Shown: positions 1 through 9,902, counted from the first letter of the stretch. The stretch is 38,576 bases of DNA from an uncultured bacterium (GCA_964534375.1 CAZHPN010000038.1:1-38576); one strand, 5' to 3'. Notes: generated from the sequence alone by a model not told the origin. Numbers and translations: made by a program.

Positions 1-87
1 CAAAGCGGACATCTTTAGCTGCTACTACTGCGGACTTGTTTAACTGTCAGCGACACCCCACCTCGCGCCAGCGCCGCGACGTTTGCG

Positions 88-987
88 TTATCCTCTTCGC
101 GCCGTCGTTTGGCGGCGGGAATCCACCGCGGCCAGCACCACCGCCGACAACGTCAAGGCGCAACCGACGGCCGCCGCCGGGGCGACGGTCTCGCCGAGCC
201 AAAGATAGGCGATCAGCGTGGCGCCGACCGGCTCGCCGACGACGGTCATCGCCACCGCGGCCGGCTTCGCGTCACGAACCGCCCACGTCAACAAGTTGTG
301 GCCGACGAGCTGCGGCAGCAAGGCCGCCAGCGCCAGATAACCGAGCGCGGCGGGGGGCGACGGCGTCAGCGGCATGCCCAGCGCCCGGGCCGCACCGAAG
401 AGCAACGCGGCGCCGGTCGCCGTCGCGACGCCGGAAAAGGCGCCCAGATCCATGTCGTCGCCGACGCGTCGCGCGATCGCGAGATACGACGCCATCGCGG
501 CGGCGCCGACCAGCGCCAAAACGTCGCCGGCCAGCGCATCGCCGCGTGCCCTCACATCCTGACGCCCAAGTGCGAGCAGTCCGAGAAAGGCGAGGCCCAG
601 GTAGAGCCAGAAGCGCCGGTCGGGGCGGTCACGGCCGGTGATCGCCCCCGCCAGGCCGAGCAACAGCGGCGTCGTTGTGACCAACGTCACCGAGGCGGCG
701 ATGGACGTCAGCGCCAGCGACGTGACCCAGGCGCCGAAATGCACCGTATAACAAACCCCCGCGAGCGCCGCCGCCCGGTAGAAGCGCGCCGGCGGCCGGC
801 GAAACGCCGCACGCAACGTCCACGGCAGCAACACCGCGGCGGCGATGGCCAGCCGCCAGCCGGCCGCAACCAACGGCGTGGTCGTCGCCGCCTTGCGAAA
901 CAACGGCGCGGCGGTCGAGATCGCCGCCATCGCGACCAACAGCAGGTACGGCCGCAGGCGGGCGGCGGATTCGCGTGTAGTTGTCAT
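88..987 (-). CDS. DMT/EamA family transporter
   Basis: About 10 hydrophobic helices in two EamA-like halves (e.g. HFGAWVTSLALTSIAASVTLVTTTP, QLVGHNLLTWA, GEPVGATLIAYLWLGE). Start trimmed to the ATG at 987 (MTTTRES). Confidence 0.9.
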   Translation of the reverse strand: MTTTRESAARLRPYLLLVAMAAISTAAPLFRKAATTTPLVAAGWRLAIAAAVLLPWTLRAAFRRPPARFYRAAALAGVCYTVHFGAWVTSLALTSIAASVTLVTTTPLLLGLAGAITGRDRPDRRFWLYLGLAFLGLLALGRQDVRARGDALAGDVLALVGAAAMASYLAIARRVGDDMDLGAFSGVATATGAALLFGAARALGMPLTPSPPAALGYLALAALLPQLVGHNLLTWAVRDAKPAAVAMTVVGEPVGATLIAYLWLGETVAPAAAVGCALTLSAVVLAAVDSRRQTTARRG

Positions 988-1061
988 CGGGCGCCCATTA
1001 AATTCAGCCAAGTCGTCGCGGATAGGATATATTAAGAGTACAACTAGGGAAGAGTCCATCG

Positions 1062-2969
1062 ATGCTTGGTTTGGAAGTCTGGCTTGCGCGCCACGGCTTC
1101 ATGGGGCCGCTGATCTCGCGCGCCAAAGAGAGCGACCGGCGCGTCCGGCTGGCGGCGGTGACGGCGCTGGGCGGGCTGCCGAAGCCGAAAGTCGTGGAGC
1201 CGCTCTGCCGCGCGCTCGACGACGAGTCGGACGAGGTGCGCGAAACGGCGGCGAAAGCCCTCGGTGGGCGCGGGGCCGAGATCGCGATCGAACCCCTCAA
1301 GAAGAGCCTCGGCGACAAGGAACCGAAGGTCCGCAAGGCGGCCATGTTGGCGCTGATCACCTATGAGCGGCCCGTCTCTCTTTGGGGCTGCGCCTGGTTG
1401 GCCGGCGAGGGCGGACCCCGGCAAAAGACCGAAGCGCGCGAGACCCTGCTCGCCGCCGCCGGCGACGCCATTTTGCCGCTGCGCACCGCATTGACCGACG
1501 GCGCCTGGCAGGTGCGGTCCGCCGCGACGGAAATCATGGCGGCGCTCAAGGACCCGCGCGTCGAGGAACAACTCGGCGCCGTTCTGCAGACCGATCCGGA
1601 TGCCGACGTGCGCAAAGCCGCGGCCGTCGCGCTCGGCGATCTCCTCGGCCCCAACGCCCCCGACGCGCTGCTGGCGGCGCTCAACAACACCCAGGAAGAC
1701 GTCGCGGTGCGGTCCGCCGCCGCAAAATCGCTCACGCGTTACGGCGCGGAAAAGGGCCTGCTGGCCTGGATTTGGATGCTGGCGATCGGCGACGACGCGC
1801 AAAAGACGACCGGCCACCGGGTCGTGGCGGACGCGGGGCTGGCCGCGTTCGATCCGCTCTGCGCGGCTTTGAAAGACGGCTATTGGACCGTCCGGCGCGC
1901 GGCGGCTGGCGCGCTGGTCGAGATGAAAGACCCGCGTGCGGTGTTGCCGCTGTGCAACGCGTTGTCCGACGGCGATTGGCAGGTCCGGCTCTCGGCGGCC
2001 GAAGCGCTCGCCCAAATCGCGGACCGCACCTCGTTCGTTCCGTTGAAGAGAACGCTGACCGATCCGATCTCGGGGGTGCGCGCTGCCGCCGCCTTGGCTT
2101 TGGGTCGGCTGCGGGCCATCGAATCCGTCGAGGCGCTGACGCCCATGCTGACCGATCCGGATTACGAGGTGCGTGCGGCGACGATCCGCGCCCTGGGTTC
2201 GCTGAAATCGACGAGAACGATCGAATCGTTGATCGCGGCGGTGAAAGACGAGTCGGACATCGTGCGCCATGCCGCGGCGGACGCGCTCGGCGACCTGGGC
2301 GGCGCCGCCGCGGTCGACGCCTTGTGCGCGGCGCTGAAAGACCTGAACGACCGGGTCCGCGTCGCCGCCGCTGCCGCGCTCGGCAAACTGCGGAGCCGCG
2401 CCGCGTTTCGGCCGCTGGCGGAGGCGCTAAACGACTGGTACTCGATCGTCGGTCACAGCGCGGCCCGGGCGCTGCTTGAAATCGGCCCGCCGCCCAGCCT
2501 CTGGGGGCACGCCTGGCTGTTGGGCAGCGGCGACGAGGGTGAAAAAGCCGGGGCGAAGGCCGCCATTCGCGAGGCCGGCGCGGCGGCGGTGGACGCGCTG
2601 AGCGCGGCGCTCAAGATTTGGCAGGTCGAGATTCGCTGCGCGGCGGCGCAAGCCCTCGGGGAAATCGACGATCCGCGCATTGTCGCGCCGCTGGTCGTCG
2701 AAGGCACGCGGCCGCCGCTGAACGATGCCGTGCTGAAAGCCGCCTTTCAGGCGCTGTTCAACGCCAAACAGCCCGCCACCGGCGTCCAATTGGCCAAAGC
2801 TATCGATGCCACCATCTTCATGCCGGATGACAAGCCGCTGATCGAACGGATGTTGGAATACGTGCGAACGCTGGTGCAGTCATCGCCATGGCTGACGAAA
2901 CAGGACCGCGAAGCGTTGGCCGCCGTGTACAAGAAGCTCCGGACGCCGCCGCCGCGACCGGCGGAATGA
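1062..2969 (+). CDS. HEAT-repeat (PBS lyase HEAT-like) protein, 635 aa
   Basis: Many ~31-aa repeats of the form L.D.D..VR.AAA.ALG.L. Confidence 0.9.
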   Translation: MLGLEVWLARHGFMGPLISRAKESDRRVRLAAVTALGGLPKPKVVEPLCRALDDESDEVRETAAKALGGRGAEIAIEPLKKSLGDKEPKVRKAAMLALITYERPVSLWGCAWLAGEGGPRQKTEARETLLAAAGDAILPLRTALTDGAWQVRSAATEIMAALKDPRVEEQLGAVLQTDPDADVRKAAAVALGDLLGPNAPDALLAALNNTQEDVAVRSAAAKSLTRYGAEKGLLAWIWMLAIGDDAQKTTGHRVVADAGLAAFDPLCAALKDGYWTVRRAAAGALVEMKDPRAVLPLCNALSDGDWQVRLSAAEALAQIADRTSFVPLKRTLTDPISGVRAAAALALGRLRAIESVEALTPMLTDPDYEVRAATIRALGSLKSTRTIESLIAAVKDESDIVRHAAADALGDLGGAAAVDALCAALKDLNDRVRVAAAAALGKLRSRAAFRPLAEALNDWYSIVGHSAARALLEIGPPPSLWGHAWLLGSGDEGEKAGAKAAIREAGAAAVDALSAALKIWQVEIRCAAAQALGEIDDPRIVAPLVVEGTRPPLNDAVLKAAFQALFNAKQPATGVQLAKAIDATIFMPDDKPLIERMLEYVRTLVQSSPWLTKQDREALAAVYKKLRTPPPRPAE

Positions 2970-3005
2970 AAGCCGGACCATGGCGAGAGGCGCTTCTTTC
3001 CGCGG

Positions 3006-3122
3006 ATGGGAATAATGGGATTTATGGGAATATTGAATGAGAGGTTCGCGTGGTTCGCGTCACGCCCATGAGGCCCACGCCACCAATCGCTCCCATGACT
3101 CCCATGCTTCCCATAATTCCCA
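3006..3122. repeat. Inverted 9-mer microsatellite palindrome between convergent genes
   Basis: ATGGGAATAATGGGATTTATGGGAA (3006-3030) is complementary to TCCCATGACTCCCATGCTTCCCATAATTCCCA (3091-3122). Confidence 0.75.
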
Positions 3123-3147
3123 ATCGCTGTTGACGACCGAACGGCGC

Positions 3148-3399
3148 CTACGACGCCGCCAGGCTGGACCCCGCGGTCACGTCGACGACCGGCAGCCGCG
3201 CCTTGCCGTCGCAGGCCCAGCAGCGCTCGACGACGAATTCGATCGGGTTCGCCGGCGCATCGACCGGGGGTTCGCTCCACGGCGACGCTTCCGCTGGCGA
3301 CAGCCGAATGACGCCGTCGCCGTCACAGACCGGGCAACGCATCGTTCTCGGGCGTTTTCGCGCAAACCGGCTCTCTCGTTGTTCGTGCGTGGCAGCCAT
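3148..3399 (-). CDS. Small putative zinc-finger protein (DnaJ-type CxxCxGxG pair), 83 aa
   Basis: CPVCDGDG and CWACDGKA motifs; strong RBS AGGAGG upstream of the ATG at 3399. Confidence 0.6.
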   Translation of the reverse strand: MAATHEQRESRFARKRPRTMRCPVCDGDGVIRLSPAEASPWSEPPVDAPANPIEFVVERCWACDGKARLPVVDVTAGSSLAAS

Positions 3400-3557
3400 C
3401 GTCCCCTCCTGATCGCGCATAATCTTACGTTCTTGCCCCACATCGCGACCAATTCGTTCACTTGCACGACGGAGCATACGCGGCGGCCGGTCGAGCGATA
3501 ATCGGGAGAATCCCGAAACGGGCATGCTAAAAACCCGAACGACCACGGGATAACTTC

Positions 3558-3605
3558 AAAAAAACCGCCTTTCCGCGCCCGGTTGCCCTGGGCGGGGAAA
3601 GGCGG
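3558..3605 (-). terminator. Intrinsic terminator after pilin cassette B
   Basis: CCGCCTTTCC...GGAAAGGCGG stem followed by a T run on the minus strand. Confidence 0.8.
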
Positions 3606-3626
3606 CGTAGGACCGTCGTCGGTCGC

Positions 3627-4994
3627 TTATTTGTCTTGCGCCCAACTCAACACGTGCGCCGGATCGGCGATCACGTTGTAGGCGGAAGAGTAGGTGTACC
3701 AATAGTTCGGATCCGAGTTGCTGCTGAACTGGCTCGGGGCCTGCACGTCCACCGACCCGAAAGCCGTCACCACGCCCGTGTATTTCACGTTGCCGTGCAA
3801 CTCATAGTTGCCTTCGGAGTAAACCAGGCCGTTCATCGTGCTCTGGGTGTTGGTGTCGAAATTGAGCAGGACGTTGCCCTGCGCGACCATCGACACGGTC
3901 GACCCTTGGGTGATCAATCCATTCGCTCCGTTGTTGCCGCCGTTGCCGCTGCCGCCGCCGTAGCCGCCGCTGCCGCTGCCGCCGCTGCTGCCGCTGGAGC
4001 CGCTGCTGCCGCTGTCGCCGCCGGAGCCGCCCATGTTCTGGCAACCGCCAGACATGTCGCCGCCGCCGCTGGAACCGCTGGAACCGCTAGAGCCGCTCGA
4101 TCCGCCGTAGCCGCCGGACCCGCTAGACCCACTGGATCCGCCCGAGCCGGACGAACTGCCCGTGGCGATGATTTGGCCCGTGGCGACGATCGTGCCCGTG
4201 CCGGCGAGCGTGCCATTAAGCGTCACGTCGCCGTCGACGAAGATCGTCCGCTGGCCGTTCGGTCCCGGCGTGACCGAACTGAAATCCAGATCGTTGAACG
4301 TCTGCGGATTCGACTGGTCGCCAAAGACCTTGCCGCCGAAAGACCATTTCGAATCGGCCTGGTTGGCGAGACCCTGGATCTGCGACAGAGTCAACTTGAC
4401 CGCGCCGACGTCCATCGCCGGTTTGGCAATCCGATTCACCGCGGTGTTGTAGCCGGTCACCGACACGTGGCTCGACGCCGGAATGTACAGGTTCATCTTT
4501 TGCGTGCCGTTGTCCAAATTGAGGCTGGCGTTGCCGTTGACGCGGATTCCCTGGGCGCTGAGCACCGGCGAGCCGGTCAGCGTCAGGTCGCCGCCCACGT
4601 TAATGTCCGAACCGAACGCGGAGTCGGTGTTGATGATCGCCTCGACCGACCGCGTCGCCGAGCCCTTGCCGCCGCTCGCCACGGCGCGCACCGTCAGCGG
4701 ACCGAAATCCGTGACGGTTGCCGAACTCGTGGTGTTGTTCTTCATCCCCGTGACCGGCACCGTGCCGGTGAACGACGGGTTCTGCCGCAACGTTTCCACG
4801 GCCTGTTCCAATGCCGACTCCGACGCCCAGAAAGCGAGCGTACTGTCGCGATAGTTGCCGGCGATGCGGATGTCGCCAACGGCCAACGACACGGCCGCCG
4901 CCCCCAGCACCGTCACGGCGATCACGACCAGCAGGACGATCAGCATCACCATGCCTCGCTCGTCCGCGGCGTGAACGATCACTTTTCGTTTCAT
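3627..4994 (-). CDS. PilX-like minor pilin (X4) with ~80-aa Gly/Ser insertion
   Basis: ERG|MVMLIVLLVVIAVTVLG class III signal without Glu5; PilX_N-type AFWASESALE; paralogue of three nearby genes. Confidence 0.8.
   Translation of the reverse strand: MKRKVIVHAADERGMVMLIVLLVVIAVTVLGAAAVSLAVGDIRIAGNYRDSTLAFWASESALEQAVETLRQNPSFTGTVPVTGMKNNTTSSATVTDFGPLTVRAVASGGKGSATRSVEAIINTDSAFGSDINVGGDLTLTGSPVLSAQGIRVNGNASLNLDNGTQKMNLYIPASSHVSVTGYNTAVNRIAKPAMDVGAVKLTLSQIQGLANQADSKWSFGGKVFGDQSNPQTFNDLDFSSVTPGPNGQRTIFVDGDVTLNGTLAGTGTIVATGQIIATGSSSGSGGSSGSSGSGGYGGSSGSSGSSGSSGGGDMSGGCQNMGGSGGDSGSSGSSGSSGGSGSGGYGGGSGNGGNNGANGLITQGSTVSMVAQGNVLLNFDTNTQSTMNGLVYSEGNYELHGNVKYTGVVTAFGSVDVQAPSQFSSNSDPNYWYTYSSAYNVIADPAHVLSWAQDK
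3927..4160 (-). repeat. In-frame Gly/Ser low-complexity insertion
   Basis: GSSGSSG/GSGGYGG units, absent from the three paralogues. Confidence 0.9.
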
Positions 4995-5100
4995 GGAATT
5001 CCCTCCTCGCGGGCCGGGCCTGCGGCCGGCCTCTCCAATGTTTTTTGCTCTCCATCATACCAACCCCCTGAGATTCACCGAACGACATCGAGCGCCTCCT

Positions 5101-6228
5101 TTAGGTATCCTGCGCCCAACTCAGGACATGAGCCGGATCGGAAAGGATGTTGTAGGCGGACGAATAGGTGTACCAGAAATTTGGGTCTGAATTATTGGTG
5201 AATTGGCTCGGCGCCTGAACGTCAACCGAGCCGAAAGCCGTCACAATGCCAGTGAAACTGATCTTGCCGTGCAACTCGTAGTTGCCTTCGGAAAAGATCA
5301 AGCCGTTCATGGAACTTTGCGCGTTGGTGTCGAAATTCAGCAAGATATTGCCCTGCGCGACCATCGAGACGGTGGAGCCATTCGTGACGAAGCCGTTGTC
5401 CGCGGTGATCGAGCCGGTCGTGATGATCGTGCCGGTGCCGCTCAGCGAACCGTTGAGCGGCACGTTGCCGTCGACGAAGATCGTCCGCTGGCCGGTCGGG
5501 CCCGGCGTCACCGTGCCGAAATCGAGATTGACGAATGTCTGGCTCGCCTGCTGGCTGCCGAACGCGCCGCTGCCGAAGTACCAGGCGGGGGCCGCCTGGT
5601 TGGCCAACGTCATCCACTCCTGCGTGGTCGGCGCCACGGCGCCGAGGTCCATCGCCGGAGTATTGACGCGCGTGTACGCGTTGTTGCCGGTCAACGACAC
5701 GGTGCTGCTGGTCGGAATCATCAGATTGAAGTTCGGCGTTCCCGGATCCAAATTGAGCGCCGCATTGCCATTGACGCGAACGCCGGGGCCGGAAATGCGC
5801 GGTTTGCCCGCGAGCGTCAAATCGCCGCCGACGTTGATCGTCCCGGTAAAAACCGAGTCGGTGTTGAGAACCGCTTCCAGCGTCTTGGTCGCCGGCCCTT
5901 TTTTGCCCGTCGCCAACACCTGCACCATGTTCGTCGACAACGCGACCACCGACGCGGAGGTCGTCGTCGCGTTCGACAACGGCGTCAACGTCACCGCGCC
6001 GGTGAACGCCGGATTCTGCCGCACGGCTTCCACTCCCTGTTGCAGCGCCCCGTCGGCCGCCCAGAAGGCGAGGGCGCTGTCGCGGTAGTTGCCCGAGACG
6101 CGGATGTCGCCGACGGCCAGCGACACCGCGGCGGCCCCGAGCACCGTCACGGCGACCACCACCAGCAGCACCACCAGCATCACCATTCCACGTTCGTCAG
6201 AAACGCCACGCATTACATTTTTTTTCAT
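5101..6228 (-). CDS. PilX-like minor pilin (X3)
   Basis: ERG|MVMLVVLLVVV, AFWAADGALQ; RBS GGAGG. Confidence 0.82.
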   Translation of the reverse strand: MKKNVMRGVSDERGMVMLVVLLVVVAVTVLGAAAVSLAVGDIRVSGNYRDSALAFWAADGALQQGVEAVRQNPAFTGAVTLTPLSNATTTSASVVALSTNMVQVLATGKKGPATKTLEAVLNTDSVFTGTINVGGDLTLAGKPRISGPGVRVNGNAALNLDPGTPNFNLMIPTSSTVSLTGNNAYTRVNTPAMDLGAVAPTTQEWMTLANQAAPAWYFGSGAFGSQQASQTFVNLDFGTVTPGPTGQRTIFVDGNVPLNGSLSGTGTIITTGSITADNGFVTNGSTVSMVAQGNILLNFDTNAQSSMNGLIFSEGNYELHGKISFTGIVTAFGSVDVQAPSQFTNNSDPNFWYTYSSAYNILSDPAHVLSWAQDT

Positions 6229-6359
6229 CGTCTACCTCCGAGCGGGGTTCAATTACTGATTTTTAATCTCAACTGTCTGACAACCAAAAAGTAACCATCG
6301 CTTGCCGTTCCGGCGCCCGCCTAAGGTTTTTCGAAGCGTTCCCGCGTTGGCGTTGCGCC

Positions 6360-6398
6360 AAAAAAAATCCGGCGCGGGTTGCGACCCGCGCCGGATTT
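6360..6398 (-). terminator. Intrinsic terminator between giant pilin B and X3
   Basis: AATCCGGCGCGGGT-loop-ACCCGCGCCGGATT stem followed by a T run on the minus strand. Confidence 0.85.
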
Positions 6399-6422
6399 GC
6401 TTGAGCAAATCAGCGTTCTCGT

Positions 6423-9400
6423 TTACGGGCACGTGCCCTTGCCGGCCCCGGCGATGTCGCCCGAGCAACCCGTCGATTCGTTGCCCGACATGTCGACCGC
6501 GGTGACGTAGTAGTCGTAGCAGTTCTTGTTGGTCGCCAGGCCGTTCGTATCCACGTAGCTGACAGTCGGCTTCGTCGGCGTTACGCCGGAGGCGAGCTTG
6601 CTGAAGCCGCCGGAGCCTTTCGTCTCGCGGTAGATGTTGTAACTGGCGATGTCGGGCTCGGAGTTCGCGGTCCACGAGAGGTCGATTGTCCCGTTGCCGC
6701 TGCCCTTGGTCGCCGTCAGGCCGGCCGGGCAGGCGGGCGGCGTCGTGTTCACGATGTAGTCGTACGTGTAGGAACCCGCCTCGGGGCTGCGATCCGTCGC
6801 GCCGGTGTTGTCGCGCGACGTGAAGTACAACCAGATGCGGGCGTTGTGGCTGCCGGGAATCGTCGCGTCCCACGTGCCCGATTGGGACGTCATTGCGAGC
6901 GTGGTGTATCCGGAGGTCGGCGCCACCGACTGGAACGACGTGTCGACGTAGTACAGTGCGTCCACGGCGGCAATCCCGGCGCCGTTTTCATCGGTGACCA
7001 CGACGTGCGTCGGGACGGGGAAGTAGTTCAGGACCTGGATCGCCGCCGTCACGGGCGAACAGTAGGTGTCCGTGCCCGGATAATCCTGTTCGGCGAAGGT
7101 GATCGCCGGCGCGGCCATGAACGTCAGTTGCGCCAGGCTGCTGGTGCAGGAGCGGCCGGTGATCGACGATTTCTGGTAGCCGTACACGGCGGACACCTGC
7201 AGGTCGTGAATGTCGACGTCGTCCGCATTGAGCCGGAAACGCACGGTCGAGCCCGACGCGTACGTGTGCGTCAACGGGTTGGTCAGGTTGACCGTGTTGC
7301 CGGAAACGCTGGCGACCACGTTCGTCTCGCCGGTCGTCCCGCTCGTTATGTACACCGTGTTGCCCGTCGCGAATGCCGTGCCCGACGCCGTTTGCAGGGC
7401 CTTCGAGCCCGACGTCGCGGAAGAGGTCAACGTCGTGGCGTTCTGCGTGAACGTGAGGCGAATCGAGGCCTTGCCGTTGCCTGGGATCGACGGTTGGACG
7501 TTCGTGGGCAGTGTGATCAGGGTTCCGGAGACAGCCGGCGTTCCGGTGTACGTCCAGATGACGGTGCCGCTCGGAATCTCGATCGTCTTGAGCGCCGCCT
7601 GCGGGTTGTTCCACGTGAACTGCAAGGTTTGCACAATCACGCTGCTCGACGCCGAGTCGTTCTTCAAGCCGAACGAACCTTGATTGGCGTACGTGCCGCC
7701 GACTGTCGCGCTGACGCTCGTGTCGTCGTACAAGCCGCCGTCATGAACCGTCACGGTCACGTAGGTGGTGGCGGTCTGGCCGGTGAAGGAGTCGGTGGCG
7801 GTCGCGTTGAGCGCGTACGAGCCGTCGCACCAGCCGGTGGCCGGCCCGGCGTTGCACGGATTCGCCGTGCCGCCGAAGCCGCAGTATTGCACGACGTTGG
7901 CCGTCACGGGGAATTGCGCCGTGCCCGGATCGGGCGCCGCCCAGAGCTTGACGTTGAGGATGCCTTTGCCGTCGTCATTGGTCATATTCGGCGGGTTGGA
8001 AAGGCCCGGGTCGTCCGCCGCATACGCGGCCGCCTGGAAAACGATCTGGCCGTTGGTGATGGTGGCGCCGTTGGCCGGCGACGTGATCTGAACCACCGGC
8101 GGGGCGGCGCCGGGCGTGGCGTTCGCCTCGGCGGCGCTCGAATAGATGTTGCACTGGTCGTAGGCGAAGATGCTGAAGTAGTACTTCACGCCGTTGGTCA
8201 GGCCGGTGACCGAGGTTTGCATCGGCGCATTCGGCGCGCCGGTGATCTGCGCAGCCAGCGTGCCCGAGGTCGTCGTGGTGGGGTAACCGGTGGTGCTGTA
8301 GCGAATCTCGACGCCGGCGAAGTCGGCGTCGGGGGAGTTGGTCCAGTACAGATCCACGCCTTGGTAACGGCCGACCGCGTTGAACGGGCTCGGCACGGCC
8401 GGCGGGGTCGCCGGCGACTTGGTCGGCGTGGTGTTGGTGACGCCGTTGGTCGGCGAATCGGTTCCGGCGGCGGCGCCGTTGCCGTAGATCTCGGGCGACG
8501 GCGTGCCTTCGTTGGCGCAATCGACCGCGGTGATGACATAGTGATATTCGGTGCAGGCAATCAAGTTGGTCGTGTCGGTGTAGGTGGTCGTGCCCGTCGT
8601 CAACGTCGTTTCGTTGGCGATTTCATTGGCCGAGTTCACCGGCACGGGGGAAGACGTGGAGCGATAAATGCGAAAACCGCGGACATCCGGAGCGTTCGGC
8701 GGCGTCCAGGTCAAGGTCACTTCATTCGGACCCGCGGCGGCGTCGCCGCTGGGGGCGCCGGGCGGGGTCGTGTCGTTGATCGTAATGGAAATTTCGCTCG
8801 ATTTGGCCGATTCGTTATAGCTGGTGTCATAGGCGGTCATCGCCACATAATAGGTTTGGTTGTTGTTCAAACGAACGTCCTGCACCGTGGCCGTGGTCAA
8901 GGTTTCCGGCGAGACGGTGTACGGCGGCAACAAGTAGTTGCCCGACGACGTGCCGTAATAGACTTTGAAGCCAGCCAGGTTCGTCAGCGGGGCGCCATTG
9001 CAGGATTCCGTCGTCGGCGGCGTCCAACCGATGCCGAACTGCCCGCAGGTGCTATTGTTGGTCATGGTCAGACCGGTCGGCGGGTTCGGCGCGCACGTGG
9101 TGGCGTTGTAAGGGCGGTTGCCCATGTTCCTCAAATCGACGGACAGAGTGTAGTCCGGCGAGTTCTTCATCGGGCCCCCGGCCTGCACGATCAGGACCAC
9201 ACGGCGAATCGCGGCGCGGTCCGTCTCGTTGAGGCCGTTAACGGGGTCGGGAACCATTTCGGTGTTGGTCTCGTTGTAATAATGAAATTCCAGATTGCCG
9301 ATCCGGTCGCCGAGCGTCACGCCGTTGCGCGTCAAGACGCCCGTGGGGAACGCGGCCACGTAACTGACCGTCTCGACGGTCCGCACCAGCGTTTGCGCGG

Positions 9401-9902
9401 CCGTATACGAATTCTGCAGCCCCGCCGCGAGCTTCACCGTCGCCGGCGTCGTACTGTAGTCGATAATGGTTCCACTGGCGGCGACCGGAACCATCTCGAC
9501 GTTGCCGCCGCCGTTGAGGAACACGTAATCGCCGGGGTTGATGATCGCGTGCCCCTGGACGAGATTCAACTGAATCGACGTGGCGCCGGCGTTGGCGTTC
9601 GCCGCGAGGTTCTGGACGATGTTCGATTGGACATCGCCGGAGAAGGTCATCGCGTACTTGTTCGCCACGGTGAACGCCTGGGCGTTGATGACGCCGAAGT
9701 TGGCCATGCGCAGTTCGCGGCTGAGTTGTTCGAGCGTCAACCGCGACGATTGGTTGCCCGAGGAGAAGTTGGTCGCCGCCTGCAGCGCCCGGTGCTGGCT
9801 GAGGAACAGGTAATACGCGGCGCCGATCAGCAGCATGGACAGCAACGTGGCGACCATGATCTCGATCAGGGTGAAGCCTTCGTTTCGACGTTTTGTTTTC
9901 AT
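6423..9902 (-). CDS. Giant PilW-like prepilin fused to FN3/Ig-like domains (copy B), 1159 aa
   Basis: G|FTLIEIMVA prepilin motif; LEQLSRELRMA.FG PilW-like helix; four FN3-like units (W..P..., Y.VYYG, YY..VTA.D...NES) and an Ig-like PPVVQITSPANGAT domain. Confidence 0.85.
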   Translation of the reverse strand: MKTKRRNEGFTLIEIMVATLLSMLLIGAAYYLFLSQHRALQAATNFSSGNQSSRLTLEQLSRELRMANFGVINAQAFTVANKYAMTFSGDVQSNIVQNLAANANAGATSIQLNLVQGHAIINPGDYVFLNGGGNVEMVPVAASGTIIDYSTTPATVKLAAGLQNSYTAAQTLVRTVETVSYVAAFPTGVLTRNGVTLGDRIGNLEFHYYNETNTEMVPDPVNGLNETDRAAIRRVVLIVQAGGPMKNSPDYTLSVDLRNMGNRPYNATTCAPNPPTGLTMTNNSTCGQFGIGWTPPTTESCNGAPLTNLAGFKVYYGTSSGNYLLPPYTVSPETLTTATVQDVRLNNNQTYYVAMTAYDTSYNESAKSSEISITINDTTPPGAPSGDAAAGPNEVTLTWTPPNAPDVRGFRIYRSTSSPVPVNSANEIANETTLTTGTTTYTDTTNLIACTEYHYVITAVDCANEGTPSPEIYGNGAAAGTDSPTNGVTNTTPTKSPATPPAVPSPFNAVGRYQGVDLYWTNSPDADFAGVEIRYSTTGYPTTTTSGTLAAQITGAPNAPMQTSVTGLTNGVKYYFSIFAYDQCNIYSSAAEANATPGAAPPVVQITSPANGATITNGQIVFQAAAYAADDPGLSNPPNMTNDDGKGILNVKLWAAPDPGTAQFPVTANVVQYCGFGGTANPCNAGPATGWCDGSYALNATATDSFTGQTATTYVTVTVHDGGLYDDTSVSATVGGTYANQGSFGLKNDSASSSVIVQTLQFTWNNPQAALKTIEIPSGTVIWTYTGTPAVSGTLITLPTNVQPSIPGNGKASIRLTFTQNATTLTSSATSGSKALQTASGTAFATGNTVYITSGTTGETNVVASVSGNTVNLTNPLTHTYASGSTVRFRLNADDVDIHDLQVSAVYGYQKSSITGRSCTSSLAQLTFMAAPAITFAEQDYPGTDTYCSPVTAAIQVLNYFPVPTHVVVTDENGAGIAAVDALYYVDTSFQSVAPTSGYTTLAMTSQSGTWDATIPGSHNARIWLYFTSRDNTGATDRSPEAGSYTYDYIVNTTPPACPAGLTATKGSGNGTIDLSWTANSEPDIASYNIYRETKGSGGFSKLASGVTPTKPTVSYVDTNGLATNKNCYDYYVTAVDMSGNESTGCSGDIAGAGKGTCP

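Noticed and set aside
6229..6422. c-di-GMP or other riboswitch in the pilin leaders (also checked 10882-11271 and 12403-12768)
   Set aside because: No GEMM-type consensus was recognised, and the hairpin present is explained as a terminator. An Infernal scan would be needed to exclude one fully.
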